64,000 bases of DNA from positions 100,192,001 through 100,256,000 of the forward strand of contig NC_043005.1 of the NCBI RefSeq assembly GCF_006345805.1, given 5' to 3'. The notes under the pieces were generated by a model. It was given only the letters and a program-made list of their open reading frames with translations, made no database searches and was not told the DNA's origin. Both the position numbers and the translations under genes were made by a program. This document shows positions 11,025-23,294 of this stretch, piece by piece. Numbering within the stretch: position 1 is the stretch's first letter; every line of letters starts with the position of its first letter. This stretch comes from Octopus sinensis (lineage: Eukaryota).

Positions 11025-11470
11025 AACCTTTAAGTTCAGATGTTCTTATGATTTCGTAAATAGAGCAATCTTTCGGGTATGTTTTTCGGATAAATATGAA
11101 TTATTTACGAGATCATAAGTCCTATTCTTTTTCTAGACTTATTGGCGAATCCTGTTATACTTGTGTACTAGTTTTATTTTCTTATTATTTATACACCCTG
11201 GTACCCCTAAAGAAAGATTAACCAACCAATTATTTTTCTAATTTATTTGCTAGTTTATTCATTTGCTCATCAACTTCAAGCTTTACACTGCAAATTGGTA
11301 TGATTCTAATTTATTAAACCTTCTTTCCACATCTCACAGTCCTGTTCTGTCCTCTTCTCTTTTCTCTTCTTTTATTTTATGTATTTGTACCCACTCTGAT
11401 GCAGCTCCATGTACTACATCGGATGTGTTATAAAGATGATGAATATTATTCTCCTAGTTTTCTTTGGCAG

Positions 11471-11500
11471 TATCAACTGACATTGGCAGCAGAAACAGCT
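11471..11500 (+). other. Candidate 30-nt micro-exon
   Basis: ctcctagttttctttggcAG|TATCAACTGACATTGGCAGCAGAAACAGCT|GTAAGC; open in two frames (YQLTLAAETA or STDIGSRNS). Confidence 0.3.
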
Positions 11501-11789
11501 GTAAGCAATGTTTAAGTTTTGTATTAAAAATTATTTAACCAAAGGAAGTCAATTTGTTTGTTGATCAACAGTTTTCTCCATTTTCTGCTCATTTTAAATT
11601 TGATTCCCAATAAACTCATTTATTCTGTTATTACCTGTATCCTATGTGCATAGTATGCTTGCATACCCATACCCAGGGTTAACATAAGTTATATATACTG
11701 GTAGTAATAACGGATATTCTTATCCCTTAGTTGGATATTCCAACCGCTAACGCTACTTACATATATATGTATTTATATATATAGATATT

Positions 11790-12002
11790 TATGTGTGTGT
11801 TTGTTCCTCCCACCACCATCGCCTAGAAACCGATGTTGGTGTGTTTACATCCCCGTAGCTTTGCAGCTTGGCAAAAGATATCGATAGAATAAACACCAGG
11901 TTTACAAAGAATAAATCCAGGGGTCAATTTCTTCAACTAAAAGGCGGTGCTCCAGCATGGAGACACTCAAATGACTGAAACAAGTAACAGAATAAAAGAG
12001 TA
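11790..12002 (+). mobile_element. SINE family A, 3' half
   Basis: aaccgatgttggtgtgtttac..aaaggcggtgctccagcatgg..gactgaaacaagta. Confidence 0.8.
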
Positions 12003-12089
12003 ATATATATATATGTGTGTGTGTGTGTGTATGTGTGTGTGTATGGATATTATATATATATATATATACATATATATGTGTGTGTGTGT

Positions 12090-12121
<32 letters not shown>

Positions 12122-12245
12122 GTGAGAATTTACAAAAATCAAAAGACGAAGAAGGGTGTGTAAAGAATAAACTGATGTATTATTAGTTTATTGCTTGGGG
12201 TGAGAAAGTCTTTTGTGTTTTGAGCCTACGCTCTTCGACAGAAAT
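12122..12245 (-). mobile_element. Short PLE-type terminal element with a hammerhead-like relic
   Basis: Minus strand ttt-CTGTCGA-A-GAGC-GTAG-GCTC-AAAAC..AAAG. Confidence 0.55.
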
Positions 12246-12264
12246 ATATATGTATATATATACA

Positions 12265-12570
12265 TTATAGCCTCAGGATGACCAAAGCCTTGTGAGTGGA
12301 TTTCGTACATGGAAACTGAAAGAAGATTGTAGTATATATGTGTATACTTATGTGTGATTGTGTGTGTCTGTGTTTGCACCCTCACCATTGCTTGACAGCC
12401 GATGTTGCTGTGTTTATGTTCCCATAACTTAGCAGTTCAGCAAAAGACACTGATGGAATAAATACTAGGCTTACAAAGAATAAATCCCGTGGTCGATTTA
12501 TTCGATGAAAGGTGGTGCATCAACATGGCCACAGTCACATGACTGAAACAAGTAAAACAATAAAAAAACT
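12265..12570 (+). mobile_element. SINE family A, 5'-truncated
   Basis: Matches the family consensus from tatagcctc to gactgaaacaagtaa. Confidence 0.8.
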
Positions 12571-12619
12571 ATGCCATTTTAATCCTGATCTTGGCCTGGT
12601 ATCTCTGCTAGTATATATG

Positions 12620-13330
12620 TGTGTGTGTGTTTGTCCACCCACCACTGCTTGACAACCTGGTGTTGGTGTGTTTACCTCCCTGTAACATAGCAGTTAAGTA
12701 AAAGAGATCAGTAGAATAAGTACCGTACATCCTCGAGTATAGCCCACTCTTGAATATAATATGCAGGGGATTTTTAGGGGGCCATGCCTCTGAAAAACCT
12801 AAACCTTGTGTATAATACGCACCCCTTCTCTAACCTGAGTCGTGTGAAATTAAGCCAGCAGCACCTTGTCGAACAAACACTTCCATGCATTCGTAATACA
12901 ATAATGGTGATGTTCTTAACTGTTATATGGGAATGTAAATATGTTTGCAATTTGTTTTTGTTACATGTTATTCTGTGTTCTGAATACTTTTATTGTAATA
13001 AATGTTGCTTACTGCAAGTTATGGATGATTCTTTTAAGACTTCATTGCTTTCAGGCTTAGCTTAAGGTATTTTTGCGTCCGACATCACAAAATGCATCTG
13101 AATAAATATTGCTGGACAGCAAATAGAGACTCAGACATTGCTTAGAAAATATTTTTCATTTTTAACCTCGTATATAGTATGCACTCGGGATTTTGACCTT
13201 TAAATTTTGGGAAAGAAATGTGGATTATACTTGACGATTTAAAGAAGTCCTTGGGTTGATTTGATCAACTAAAATCCCTCCAGGTGGTGCCCCAGCATGG
13301 CCACAGTCAAATAAGATAAAAGATAAAGAG
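12620..13330 (+). mobile_element. SINE family A 3' half split by a DNA-transposon insertion
   Basis: SINE sequence stops at agaataag|ta (12722) and resumes at aagtccttggg (~13245). Confidence 0.7.
12723..13244. mobile_element. pogo/Tigger-type MITE
   Basis: TA|ccgtacatcctcgagtatagcccac at the left end; degenerate inverted gtggattatacttgacgattta at the right; subterminal gtataatacgcac-type repeats; no ORF. Confidence 0.6.
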
Positions 13331-13469
13331 ATAATGAAAATATGAATATGCTAATAATAATGTGTGTGTTTGTGTCTGTGTGTGTGTTTGTATTCTGATG
13401 ATATTTATCTGTAGTTGTGTGGATTTATGGGTGGCTATATAAGGTACTAGGTATTACATGCTGGTCTTG

Positions 13470-14035
13470 TTTTCCTCTGCATTGGATAGCTCAATGTTGA
13501 TTTGTTGGCATTTGTCTTGCAGAATCAATACCATTTTATATAAGTAAGGGTGGATATATTTTTGCTTCAGTAATAATCTCTGGCATTCTGCGAGTTGCTC
13601 TTAGATATTTTATCATCAATAACTCTACTAATTTTCTTAGCCAGCTAATATGGCACATTACATATTATATGTACTGGGTGACATGATTTAAAGCCCTGTA
13701 TGTCTGTGTCTGTTGTAATGATGCTATTACTTTTCATTATCATTGTATTGAGAAATGGTAATTTTGTGGAACTCATTACCTTTGTAAATTTCAAGGCTTG
13801 ATGTAAATTATTCATAAGGATGTTGAATTCATCTAAAGTAATTACAGATTTTGTTCAAATTAGAAAACAGCCAACAAGAAATCTTTTCTATGAATTCTCT
13901 AAATATCTTTTTAAAATAGCACCATTGTTTTCCTTTCCTGTTTTGTAGTTTTTGTTCCAAGTGCCTCTTTACAGAACTCACATATATTGGAGCAAATTTG
14001 ATTCTCATGGCTGCACCTTTTATTTATAAATATGC
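13470..14035 (-). pseudogene. Penelope-like reverse transcriptase relic
   Basis: Minus strand GAAMRIKFAPIY (RT motif G.AMG..FAP.YA), LDEFNILMNNLHQALKFTKVMSSTKLPFLN and FKSCHP..NVPY*LA; several frameshifts and stops. Confidence 0.75.
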
Positions 14036-14069
14036 TTCCCTCTGAAAGAGAATGTGTTATTCTCAGAAT

Positions 14070-14303
14070 TATACTCTCTTACTCTTTTAGTTGTTTCAGT
14101 CATTTGACTACGGCCATGCTGGAGCACTGCCTTTAGTCGAGCAAATCGACCCCAGGACTTATTCTTTGTAAGCCTAGTACTTATTCTATCAGTCTCTTTT
14201 GCCGAACTGCTAAGTTACGGGGACGTAAACACACCAGCATCGGTTGTCAAGCGATGTTGGGGGACAAAACACAGACACAAAACATATACACACATACATA
14301 CAT

Positions 14304-14340
<37 letters not shown>

Positions 14341-14709
14341 TTATATATATATTATAATAAGAGATTATATATATATACATATTTATATATATATATATTT
14401 ATATATATATATATAATATCACGTGATCACGTGACCGACAGACCATCAGATGTTGCTACACATCGCTGGTCACAATGCATTCGCATTGTTTTAGCCTTTG
14501 AATGATGCCACCTCGATGGCTAAGCGAGCAAGCCAACAGAAGAAAGAGTGAGTGAAAGAGTACAGCAGGGATCACCACCCCCTGCTGAAGCCTCGTGGAG
14601 CTTTTAGGTGTTTTCGCTCAATAAATACTCACAATGCCTGGTCTGGGAATCGAAACCGCGAACCTACGACCGCGAGTCCGCTACCCTAACCACTGGGCCA
14701 TTGCTCCTC

Positions 14710-14740
<31 letters not shown>

Positions 14741-14771
14741 GTGGATTTGGTAGATGGAAACTAAAAGAAGC

Positions 14772-14806
<35 letters not shown>

Positions 14807-14982
14807 CATACATATATATGATGGGCTTCTTTTAGTTTCCATCTTCCAAATCCACTCACAAGTCTTTGGTCGGCCCGAGGCTATAGTAGAAGACACTTGC
14901 CCAAGGTGCCCCGCAGTGGGACTGAACTGGGAACCATGTGGTTGGTAAGCAAGCTACTTACCACACAGCCACTCCTACGCCT
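14070..14982 (-). mobile_element. SINE family A, full length, with a nested insertion in its microsatellite
   Basis: 3' half at 14070-14290, head at 14820-14982. Confidence 0.85.
14417..14710 (-). mobile_element. tRNA-derived SINE family G
   Basis: Reverse complement ggaggagcaatggcccagtggttagggtagcggactcgcggtcgtaggttcgcggtttcgattccc (A/B boxes); tail gtcacgtgatcacgtgat. Confidence 0.8.
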
Positions 14983-16074
14983 ATAGCATCTAATATGAAA
15001 CCTGGCATAAGGAAATTAATAATGATTTGACGTGACTGATTGTACAAGAAGGGAGGCAGATGGTGATGGTTGAAGTGTACTGAGTACAATAGACTTGATG
15101 TGGCATTATTCATGGAACGTATTCTTATGTGTGTGAGAAATTCGTTATTTTTGTTAGCTCCATGTGAAGTTAGTCAAGATCTATGATCTGAGGTATCCCA
15201 GCTGTAACTAATTTCTTTTTTTATCCTGACATAGTGTACCTTGAACTACATTATCTAGTGTTCAGTAGAGAAGTTAGTAAGTTACATATGGATGTGACTC
15301 CAAATATTTAATTAGCTTTAACTTGGTAAAGATGGGAGACAACTCCTCCATGTATTGTTCATTTGGAATGCTTCAGAGCTGCTTCACCTGAACTTACTGA
15401 AACATTAATAATTAAATCAGAATCATTAGATATACCTTCACCTATTTAAATGTTAATTATCATGTGAATGGCATCTCAGAATAATTTAATTCTTTGTTAA
15501 TTCCCTCACACTATACCAACAAATATACATTTCTCTACATCTCCTTAGCAATTCAATCGCCTTTATTATTTCTATTTTACCGTATATCTGATCTTATGCT
15601 GGCATTTTTTATTGCTCTCATCATTAAATATACACTCACCTACTTAACTGTTAATTACCAAGTGGATGGTGCCACAGAATAATTTAATTTCTGGATTCAA
15701 CTGACTTTAACGTAACCAACATATTTTGTTATGCGAAACATTACGCACCGTTTCAGTCAGGATGTGCAGCGAGATTCTCACCTGAACAACAACCTGTAGC
15801 CTTGTGTGGAAAGATATCAACACATATTTACACACAAGCATCTAAACCTGTATCTATGTACATTTGTGTTTGTGTCTATGCATTTGAAGACTTTTTGTTG
15901 TTTTTATGCTAATCTATTCAATGCTATGTTGCTTAATCAGCTATACTGCTTGTTTTTAAGTAACAAACTTTACGAAGCTCTAATTAATGCATGGCCTATA
16001 TCACAAATAATTTTATAAATAATTAGCTTTTTTTTTTCTGAAGTTATCTTCCAAACATTAGAACCAATGTAGAT

Positions 16075-16400
16075 CTGCACTAATGTTGGTTAACCTGTTA
16101 GAAATAGCAGCAAAAATTTCCCTCAAAATACACAACAGTTTTGAGGAGAGAAGAACCCAATGGAAAAAAGGTTCTAGATCCTGCTAAAACAACCAGTATT
16201 GTCATGGTTTAAATGTCTTTAATCATAGGTCTTCTTGATCAGATCAAGGATGACCTTAAGTTAAAAAATAAGGTCTAGTAGATAAATATGAGCCAATGAA
16301 TAAGTCTCTGCATAGTTGATCATCCAGCTAGAAATAGCTGCCAAATCTCCCACAAATCACATCCTGCCATCTTAATGAATATAAACAGACGCATTACTTA
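16075..16400 (+). repeat. Unclassified interspersed repeat, two fragments (related pieces at 15150-15290, 16840-16895, 39270-39445)
   Basis: Shared ttagaaatagc(a/t)gc..aaatctccc and ggctggaatg..gacctggggctaaa..aacaac motifs. Confidence 0.5.
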
Positions 16401-16435
16401 ATGTAGTCAAGATACACCTAAAAATAGCAACAAAA

Positions 16436-16830
16436 AACAGGATGTTGTGGAAGAGGAAGATCCAGGGAGAGATGGGACGAAGTAATAAGGGCCAACCTCA
16501 AAATGCTGAACCTTAAAAAGGAGATGACAGAGGACCAAGAAATATGGTCAAGAAGACCTGCCCACCACAACAGAACTGAGATCCTAAAACCAAGATGCCA
16601 CGTAAAAGACGGTGTGGTTGCTGATGCCATATGAAAAGCATTGGTGCTGGTGTGGTGTAAGAAGCTGGAAAAGTGGTTGGAGTTAGGAAGGGCATCCATT
16701 CATAGAAACTTAGCCAAAACTGACGATGGAACCTGGTGTGGCCTTTGGCCTTGAAAGTTTCTGCCAAACTGTCCAACCCATGCCCGCATGGAAAACAGAA
16801 AAACAGATGTCGAATGCTGATGATGATGAT
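16436..16830 (+). mobile_element. RTE-type LINE 3' end (ORF2 C-terminus plus family D 3' UTR)
   Basis: Reads GCCGRGRSRERWDEVIRANLKMLNLKKEMTEDQEIW, then a gccacgtaaaag unit, the ggttggagttaggaagggcatcc domain and a (gat)n tail. Confidence 0.7.
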
Positions 16831-17084
16831 TAATTATGTTCAAGGCTGGAATGCTGCTAGATCAAAGTTGACCTGGGGCTAAATAGCAACAACAATGAAG
16901 ACCAATAAATACAAACAATGTTATTTAATCAGATAGCAACAAAATTCTAAATTAATTTGTAAATTAATTAAGACATACAGACACATTATAGTTGTGATCA
17001 GCGTCAAAGAAGAACTGACCATGAACAGAAAATAATTAAAAGTATCATATATTCTGAGAAATATAAAACATCACAGCATATGTT

Positions 17085-17245
17085 CAAGCATATCTGGTAA
17101 GAAATTTGCTTCCCAACCACATGGTATTAGGTTCAGTCCCACTGTTCAGCTCCTTGGGTAAGTGTCTTCTACTATAGCCCTGGGCTAACCAAAGCCATAT
17201 GAATGGATTTGGTAGATGGAAATTGAAAGGAAATTGTTGGGTACA
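17085..17245 (+). mobile_element. SINE family A, 5' half
   Basis: cccaaccacatggtattaggttcagtcccactg..ttgggtaagtgtcttctactatagcc. Confidence 0.75.
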
Positions 17246-17265
17246 TTCATACATACATATATACA

Positions 17266-17650
17266 TCTCTATATATATAAAGCTGAAGTTGTCTGTATGT
17301 GGCAGGTTTGGTAGCCTTCAACTAACACTATCTCCTCCGAGACCCTGCAGCACAAGTTGACCAAAAGTATGATAGAAAAAGGCTTGCTCTTTCTTCCGTA
17401 GAAGAAAAAATTCAAATTGAACTATGTTAACACCAAAAATTATTTACATCAAAAAGATGCTTTTTTTCTATGAAAATCCTTATTTTTCACAATTTTTTGA
17501 CTGCTGTGTCACCATTTTTCGGTGTATTTCAACCAGAAAAATGTTCACTTAAAGAGAGTAACAAGCTACATAATGCAAAATTTTTACTTTTCAAAAATTC
17601 CAATTCTAAAGGGTCGAAACAAACCCAAGCAACGCCGAGTGATACTGCTA

Positions 17651-17652
<2 letters not shown>
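17266..17652 (-). mobile_element. Second copy of the 5189-5575 Helitron/Helentron-type element
   Basis: Reverse-complement match along the whole length, including the actagcagtatc terminus. Confidence 0.7.
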
Positions 17653-17711
<59 letters not shown>

Positions 17712-18154
17712 TACTTCAAAAACATAGTTCTGGAACTAATAAGGTGTGACTTTTGTTTAGAAGAATTTTAACAAATTTTTACATTTAAGGGTAACATAAT
17801 AAATTCTAGATAGCAAAAGCTTTAAGATGCTGGCATATGAGAAAATTCTCTTTTGCTCAGAATAAATGAGTAATAAACATTAAAACAACAGAATATTTTG
17901 AAATAACAGGCTATAAGTGATTATCAAATCAAAACTTCATTTGAAGGTAGTTCATGTCTGAATTAATGAACAACTCCACATCATACAATGCAAAGTAGAT
18001 AAATGAAAAACTTTAAGGGATATTAAAGTGAAGACTCTGAAGAAGCTGCACTGGTATTATAGTAAGGCTGCAATTGTAACGGTTACTAATTGATGTTGTA
18101 GAAACATGTGTAGGTCTATGTAAAGCTGTATATATTAAATACATACTTCATAGT

Positions 18155-18236
18155 AACCACCACCACCCTCACCACCACCATAACCACCACCACCACCACC
18201 ACCACCCACACAACCACCACCATAACCACCACCACC

Positions 18237-18267
<31 letters not shown>

Positions 18268-18278
18268 CCATCATCATT
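18155..18278. repeat. (ACC)n/(ATC)n microsatellite
   Basis: Directly visible. Confidence 0.95.
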
Positions 18279-18280
18279 AA

Positions 18281-18493
18281 GGTGGTAAGGTGGCAGAATT
18301 GTTAGCACGGCAGGCAAAATACTTGGTGGTATTTCGTCCATTGCTATGTTCTGAGTTCAAATTCCACTGAGGTCACCTTTGCCTTTCATCTTTTCAGAGT
18401 CAATAAATTAAGTACTAGTCAAGTACTGGGGTCAATATGATCAATTGTTCACCTTTCCACAAAAATGCAGACCTTGTGCTTATAACAGAAAGG

Positions 18494-18495
<2 letters not shown>
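18281..18495 (+). mobile_element. tRNA-derived SINE family B
   Basis: tggcagaattgttagcacg..ttctgagttcaaattcc (A/B boxes), then the gcctttcatc..gtcaataaattaagtac central domain. Confidence 0.8.
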
Positions 18496-18535
<40 letters not shown>

Positions 18536-18552
18536 GATATATATATATATCC

Positions 18553-18800
18553 TCATCATTTAACGTCCATTGTCCATGCTGGCATGGGTTGGACAGTTTG
18601 ACTGGGCTGGCACACTGGAAGGCTGCATCAGGATCCAATCTGATTTGGCATGGTTTTCTACTGCTGGATGCCCTTCCCAATGCCAACCACTCTGAGAGTA
18701 TAATGGATGCTTTTATGTGCCACCAGCACGGGTGCCATTTGCATGACACCAGTATCTGACATGTCTGTGATTTTGCTCAGCTTGATGGGTCTTCTTCTCA
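18553..18800 (-). mobile_element. Family D 3' end
   Basis: catttaacgtccattgtccatgctggcatgggttggac..ctggatgcccttcccaatgccaaccactc. Confidence 0.75.
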
Positions 18801-18829
18801 AATATATATTTATATGTGTATGTGTGTGT

Positions 18830-19030
18830 GTGTGCTTGTGTGTGTTTGACCCAAATACCATTTAACAACTGATGTTGGTTTATTGATATTTCCATTACTT
18901 AGTGGTTCAACAAAAAGAGAGTGATAGAATAAGTATAAGGTGATTAATAGTATGTACTAGGATAGATATGTTTGACTAAAACCCTCAAGGCAATGCCCAG
19001 AAGGACCACAGTCCAATGTGAGAAACAAGT
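18830..19030 (+). mobile_element. SINE family A 3' half, decayed
   Basis: aactgatgttggtt..gatagaataagta..gaccacagtccaatg. Confidence 0.6.
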
Positions 19031-19058
19031 TACAATACAAGTAAATATAAGTTAAAAT

Positions 19059-19538
19059 AGGCAGAGGAGTGGCTGTGTGGTAAGTATCTTGCTACCAACC
19101 ACATGGTTCCAGGTTCACTCCCACTGTGTGACACCTTGGGCAAGTGTCTTCTACTATAGCCTTGGGCCGACCAATCCTTCTGAGTGGATTTGGTAGACAG
19201 AAACTGAAAGAAGCCCATCGTATATATGTATATGTATATATATATCAAATATAAATTAAAAACAGAACACAAAGGATATCACGGTACACGTGTTTCAAGC
19301 TTTATAAACAATCTGTTATTACATCAGTGTATTATTGATATAAAAGATGGTTTAAAGCTCACTTCAGCCGCAAACATTGTTGGTCCAAAGATTACATCGC
19401 AATATAAAAAAATATAAAACGTGCATGTAGTATTACCCATTATAATAGGCTTATCATATCTTTTTGAAAAAGTATATTTGTATAATTGCCTAACTGTATA
19501 AACGTATAAAGATTCATTGGATTTTGAAAATCTGCCCA

Positions 19539-19590
<52 letters not shown>

Positions 19591-19770
19591 TGTGTGTGTG
19601 TGTGTGTGTGCTTGTGTGTCTGTGTTTGTCTCCCCAACATCGCTTGACAACCGATGCTGGTGTGTTACATCCCTGTAACTTAGCGGCTCGGCAAAAGAGA
19701 CCGATAGAATAAGTACTAGGCTTAGTAAGAAGAAGTCCTGGGGTCGATTGTCTCGACTAACGTAAAAGAG
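19059..19770 (+). mobile_element. SINE family A, full length, interrupted in its microsatellite
   Basis: Head at 19059-19225, 3' half at 19590-19770. Confidence 0.85.
19255..19525 (-). mobile_element. PLE-type terminal fragment nested in a family A SINE
   Basis: Minus strand CTGATGT..GAAAC-ACGT-GTA-ccg hammerhead-like relic at 19280-19330. Confidence 0.45.
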
Positions 19771-19920
19771 TAAAATGAGATGACATATTCTATAAATATT
19801 TGTTAAGGAAAATGTAGTATTAGTCCAATTATTGCTATGACGACTTCTAATAATAGTAACGCACTATAACATATGACGAGAAAATACATACATACTCACA
19901 CACAAACATACATACATACG

Positions 19921-19952
<32 letters not shown>

Positions 19953-20128
19953 TATATATATTTATATATGAACACATATACACATAAAAATGAAAGCAAA
20001 ATGGTGCTAGAAGTATTTGAATCCTTAAAAGAGAGAGTATGTCTGCTTTAAGTAAGATTTATTGTATTAAGAGAAAAGGAATAACATTGTAACAAACCTG
20101 GAGACAATAATCAAAAATGATGGAAAAA

Positions 20129-20163
<35 letters not shown>

Positions 20164-20359
20164 TGTAGCCATTACAGGAGAGCCTGAAGTATGTTAGAAA
20201 TCTGGTTTTGAAAGTAAATAATATAATGTTTTTTGGTGATTATAAGGAAATGTAATATTGGAAAATAATTCCCTACAGCACTGTGCATACATAATATATG
20301 GTGTATATGGTGTGTATGTATAAAAAAAAATATAGGAAATATGTTTTACACATATACAA

Positions 20360-20562
20360 GTGTGTGTGTGTATGTGTGTGTGTGTTGTGTATGTGTGTGT
20401 TGTGTGTGTGTGTGTTGTGTGTGTGTGTGTGTGTTGTGTGTGTGTATGTGTTGTATGTGTGTGTGTGTATGTGTTGTGTGTGTGTATGTGTGTGTGTGTT
20501 GTGTGTGTGTTGTGTGTTGTGTGTGTGTGTAGTGTGTGTGTGTGTGTTGTGTGTGTGTGCGT
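20360..20562. repeat. Imperfect (TG)n tract
   Basis: Directly visible. Confidence 0.95.
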
Positions 20563-20899
20563 GTAATAACTGTTGTTTTGTCATTAGTGTTGCCATCATC
20601 GTTGTTCTAATGGCCTCTTTTTCATACTTGCACGATAAAACTGTTGAGACAGACTTTCTACAGCTTGATGCACTTCCTGTCACCAACCTTTACAGTTATT
20701 TTTCCCATGACTGGACATGTTTCTACAAGAGATCAGAAATGTAGGACACTGCTTCTGTGATGGCAACACTCATTTACAATTATTGCATCAAAGTAAAGAC
20801 ACACACAAAAACACATTCATACACACACAAAAACATACATTCACACACACACACACGTAGATTCACATACACATATATACTATTGTCAACGTTACAAAC

Positions 20900-21407
20900 A
20901 AATGAAAACATCATGGAAATTTATGAACTGATCTTGGAGGACAGTCACTGAAAAACTGATGAACTTGTTGATGTGGTTGGTGTGTTCTGGAGCCCCTGCC
21001 AACGAATTTTGAGTAAGGAATTGCAAATAAAAAGAGTTGCAGCAAAATGTGTGCCTCTCTTGCTCAAGGAAGATCAAAAGCAGTCACAACTGAATGCATG
21101 TCACGAACTGAAAAAAGAGTTGGAAGTTGTTCTGGACCCTTTTTTTGGAAGGTCATCACTGGTGACAAAATCTGGTGCTACGGAGTTTGCAGATGCAGAA
21201 GAGGTGAAGAAAAAAAAAATCAACAGAGGCATTAAAAGGCATCAATTTGCAAGGGTTCCAGCCCTGCTTTGAACAGTGGAAAATGCATCTGGACTGATGC
21301 ATTGCTTCAAATGAAGAACATTTTGAAGGCAATAAAAGTGTAAACATGTAAAACTAAGTTGATAAAATAACACTCCAAAATTCTGGTTTCTTTTGAGAAC
21401 CCCCTTA
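20900..21407 (+). mobile_element. Internally deleted mariner transposon relic
   Basis: CQRILSKELQIKRVAAKCVPLLLKEDQKQ and KVITGDKIWCYG (first catalytic Asp) joined to the C-terminal EALKGINLQGFQPCFEQWKMHLD*CIASNEEHFEG; right TIR reverse complement TA|taagggggttctcaaaagaaaccagaat. Confidence 0.85.
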
Positions 21408-21809
21408 TATATATATATATATATATGTAATATATATGTATACATATATACAATATATATATGTATCACCTTTCTTTCGTTCCCTCAGTGTCTGCTAATA
21501 CTTTGCAAGTACCACGTCCTTGTGTTGTTTTTTTCTTGTGTTTGTTCTTTGTTATTTTGGATTTACTATATAAATATAAATATATATATAATATATATAT
21601 ATTTCATATACATGTAATATATATATGAACATGTATGTATGTATATATATATATGTATATGTATATGTATATATATATATGCATGTATGTATATATATGT
21701 GTGTGTGTATGTGTATGTGTATATATATATATATGTATGTATATTCATATATGAATGACGAGCAAATGAAAAAGGCACTGGAAACATGGAGGATTATTAT
21801 TAAAGCAAG

Positions 21810-22130
21810 AGACAACTGCAATCCCTAAAAAAAGTTGCTCACCAGCATCGAACTACCCACCAAAGATACAACCTCACTAGTCAAAAAGTGCACCTGTCCT
21901 AACTGCAGGACTTGCATCTTCCTCTTAGAAAGCTAAACATACAATTTGAAGTCAGTCAAACTTTTACCATAAAAATTCACTTCATCTGTGCTTCGAAGAA
22001 CTTAATCTATGTTCTCAAATGTGGAGGGACAGACGAATGGTACATTGGTTACAAATCTGGGACTGCACAACCAGGAAAATTCGCGTAAGCAAACACCTTG
22101 GGCCACTGCCCTGCAAACCTAAATCTGAAA
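21810..22130 (+). pseudogene. Penelope-like GIY-YIG endonuclease relic
   Basis: KCTCPNCRTC (Cys cluster) then SQTFTIKIHFICASKNLIYVLKCGGTDEWYIG (NLIY..YIG), with a frameshift between them. Confidence 0.8.
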
Positions 22131-23241
22131 TGCCAAATCTTGCCTCTCTATCAAAGCACTGGAAAGACTTCAACCCAATTGTATTTAAATAAGGAAATAT
22201 TTAAATGCTCATTAAAAAATATAAACCACAGCTGAATACCCTTTAGAAAGAAGAAAAAAACACTAAAGAGAAAAAAGAAAAAGACCTAATTTCTCCCCCC
22301 ACCCCCCAAAAAAAACAACCAAATACAAGAGACATAATTAAAAAAACTTTAGTAACAGTCTTCCATGCGGGTTTTGAAACCACAACTCCAAATCACCATA
22401 CAATAACATCATACAAACACCAGTTCCTGATGTCACCTGACTCTAGACCAATGAAATTTTACCTCTGATCAAAACCGAACTTCAGCAAAGGCAGCAAATT
22501 GACCCTTAAAAAGAATCAACCAACTGGATTGGCTGATAACTGTTCCCCAACCAGGCAGAATGACAAACTTGGCCACCAGAAAAACATGATGTTACCTGTA
22601 CTTTAACAGATCAAAAATAAGATCCATTCACAGAAAAAATTATAAAATACACCGGATTCCAAAAAATGTCGTTACAAGTGAAAGTCTCTGTACATGACGG
22701 AAAGAGAACCACAGAAACTGTAAACAAAACCCTTTTTTTACTATCTTCATTTTTCCCTTGTTTTCCTACGTCTTAACTCAGTATGACCAAAACTTTGATG
22801 ATTCACATTTCTTATCGATCACTACTAACATTATTGAATTTTACTGACATAAAATTTTGTGGCACTTTACCCCATAATTTTTTTTTTTACTAAATTTTGT
22901 TCAATGTGACTAATAAGTCTGAATTCCTCGTGCATTTTTCTATCATTTAAGCCCAAGAAAAGTATGCTTTCCTTTTAAAATTAGGTCGCAGATATTTTCA
23001 TGTAACTTTTTTCTACTGAACCAAATCTCAAACTATTTCTGCCAAAGTGTAGCTGAGGAGGTGCCCTCTTTAAAACTGTTAACAATTTGCAATTTAGTTG
23101 AGAACTGAATTAGCGGTGAAGCTAGGAAGCTACTGTGACTGACAAAATGGTGGACTTAAGAATATATTCAAACACTACCGTGGTTGAATGATATATATAT
23201 ACATACACAGACACACGCACATATGTGTGGTATACATATAT

Positions 23242-23288
<47 letters not shown>

Positions 23289-23294
23289 TTATAG

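Noticed and set aside
15640-15800. Minus-strand segment bounded by ttcAG and GTGAGT
   Set aside because: Stops in all three frames; a non-coding exon cannot be excluded but nothing supports it.
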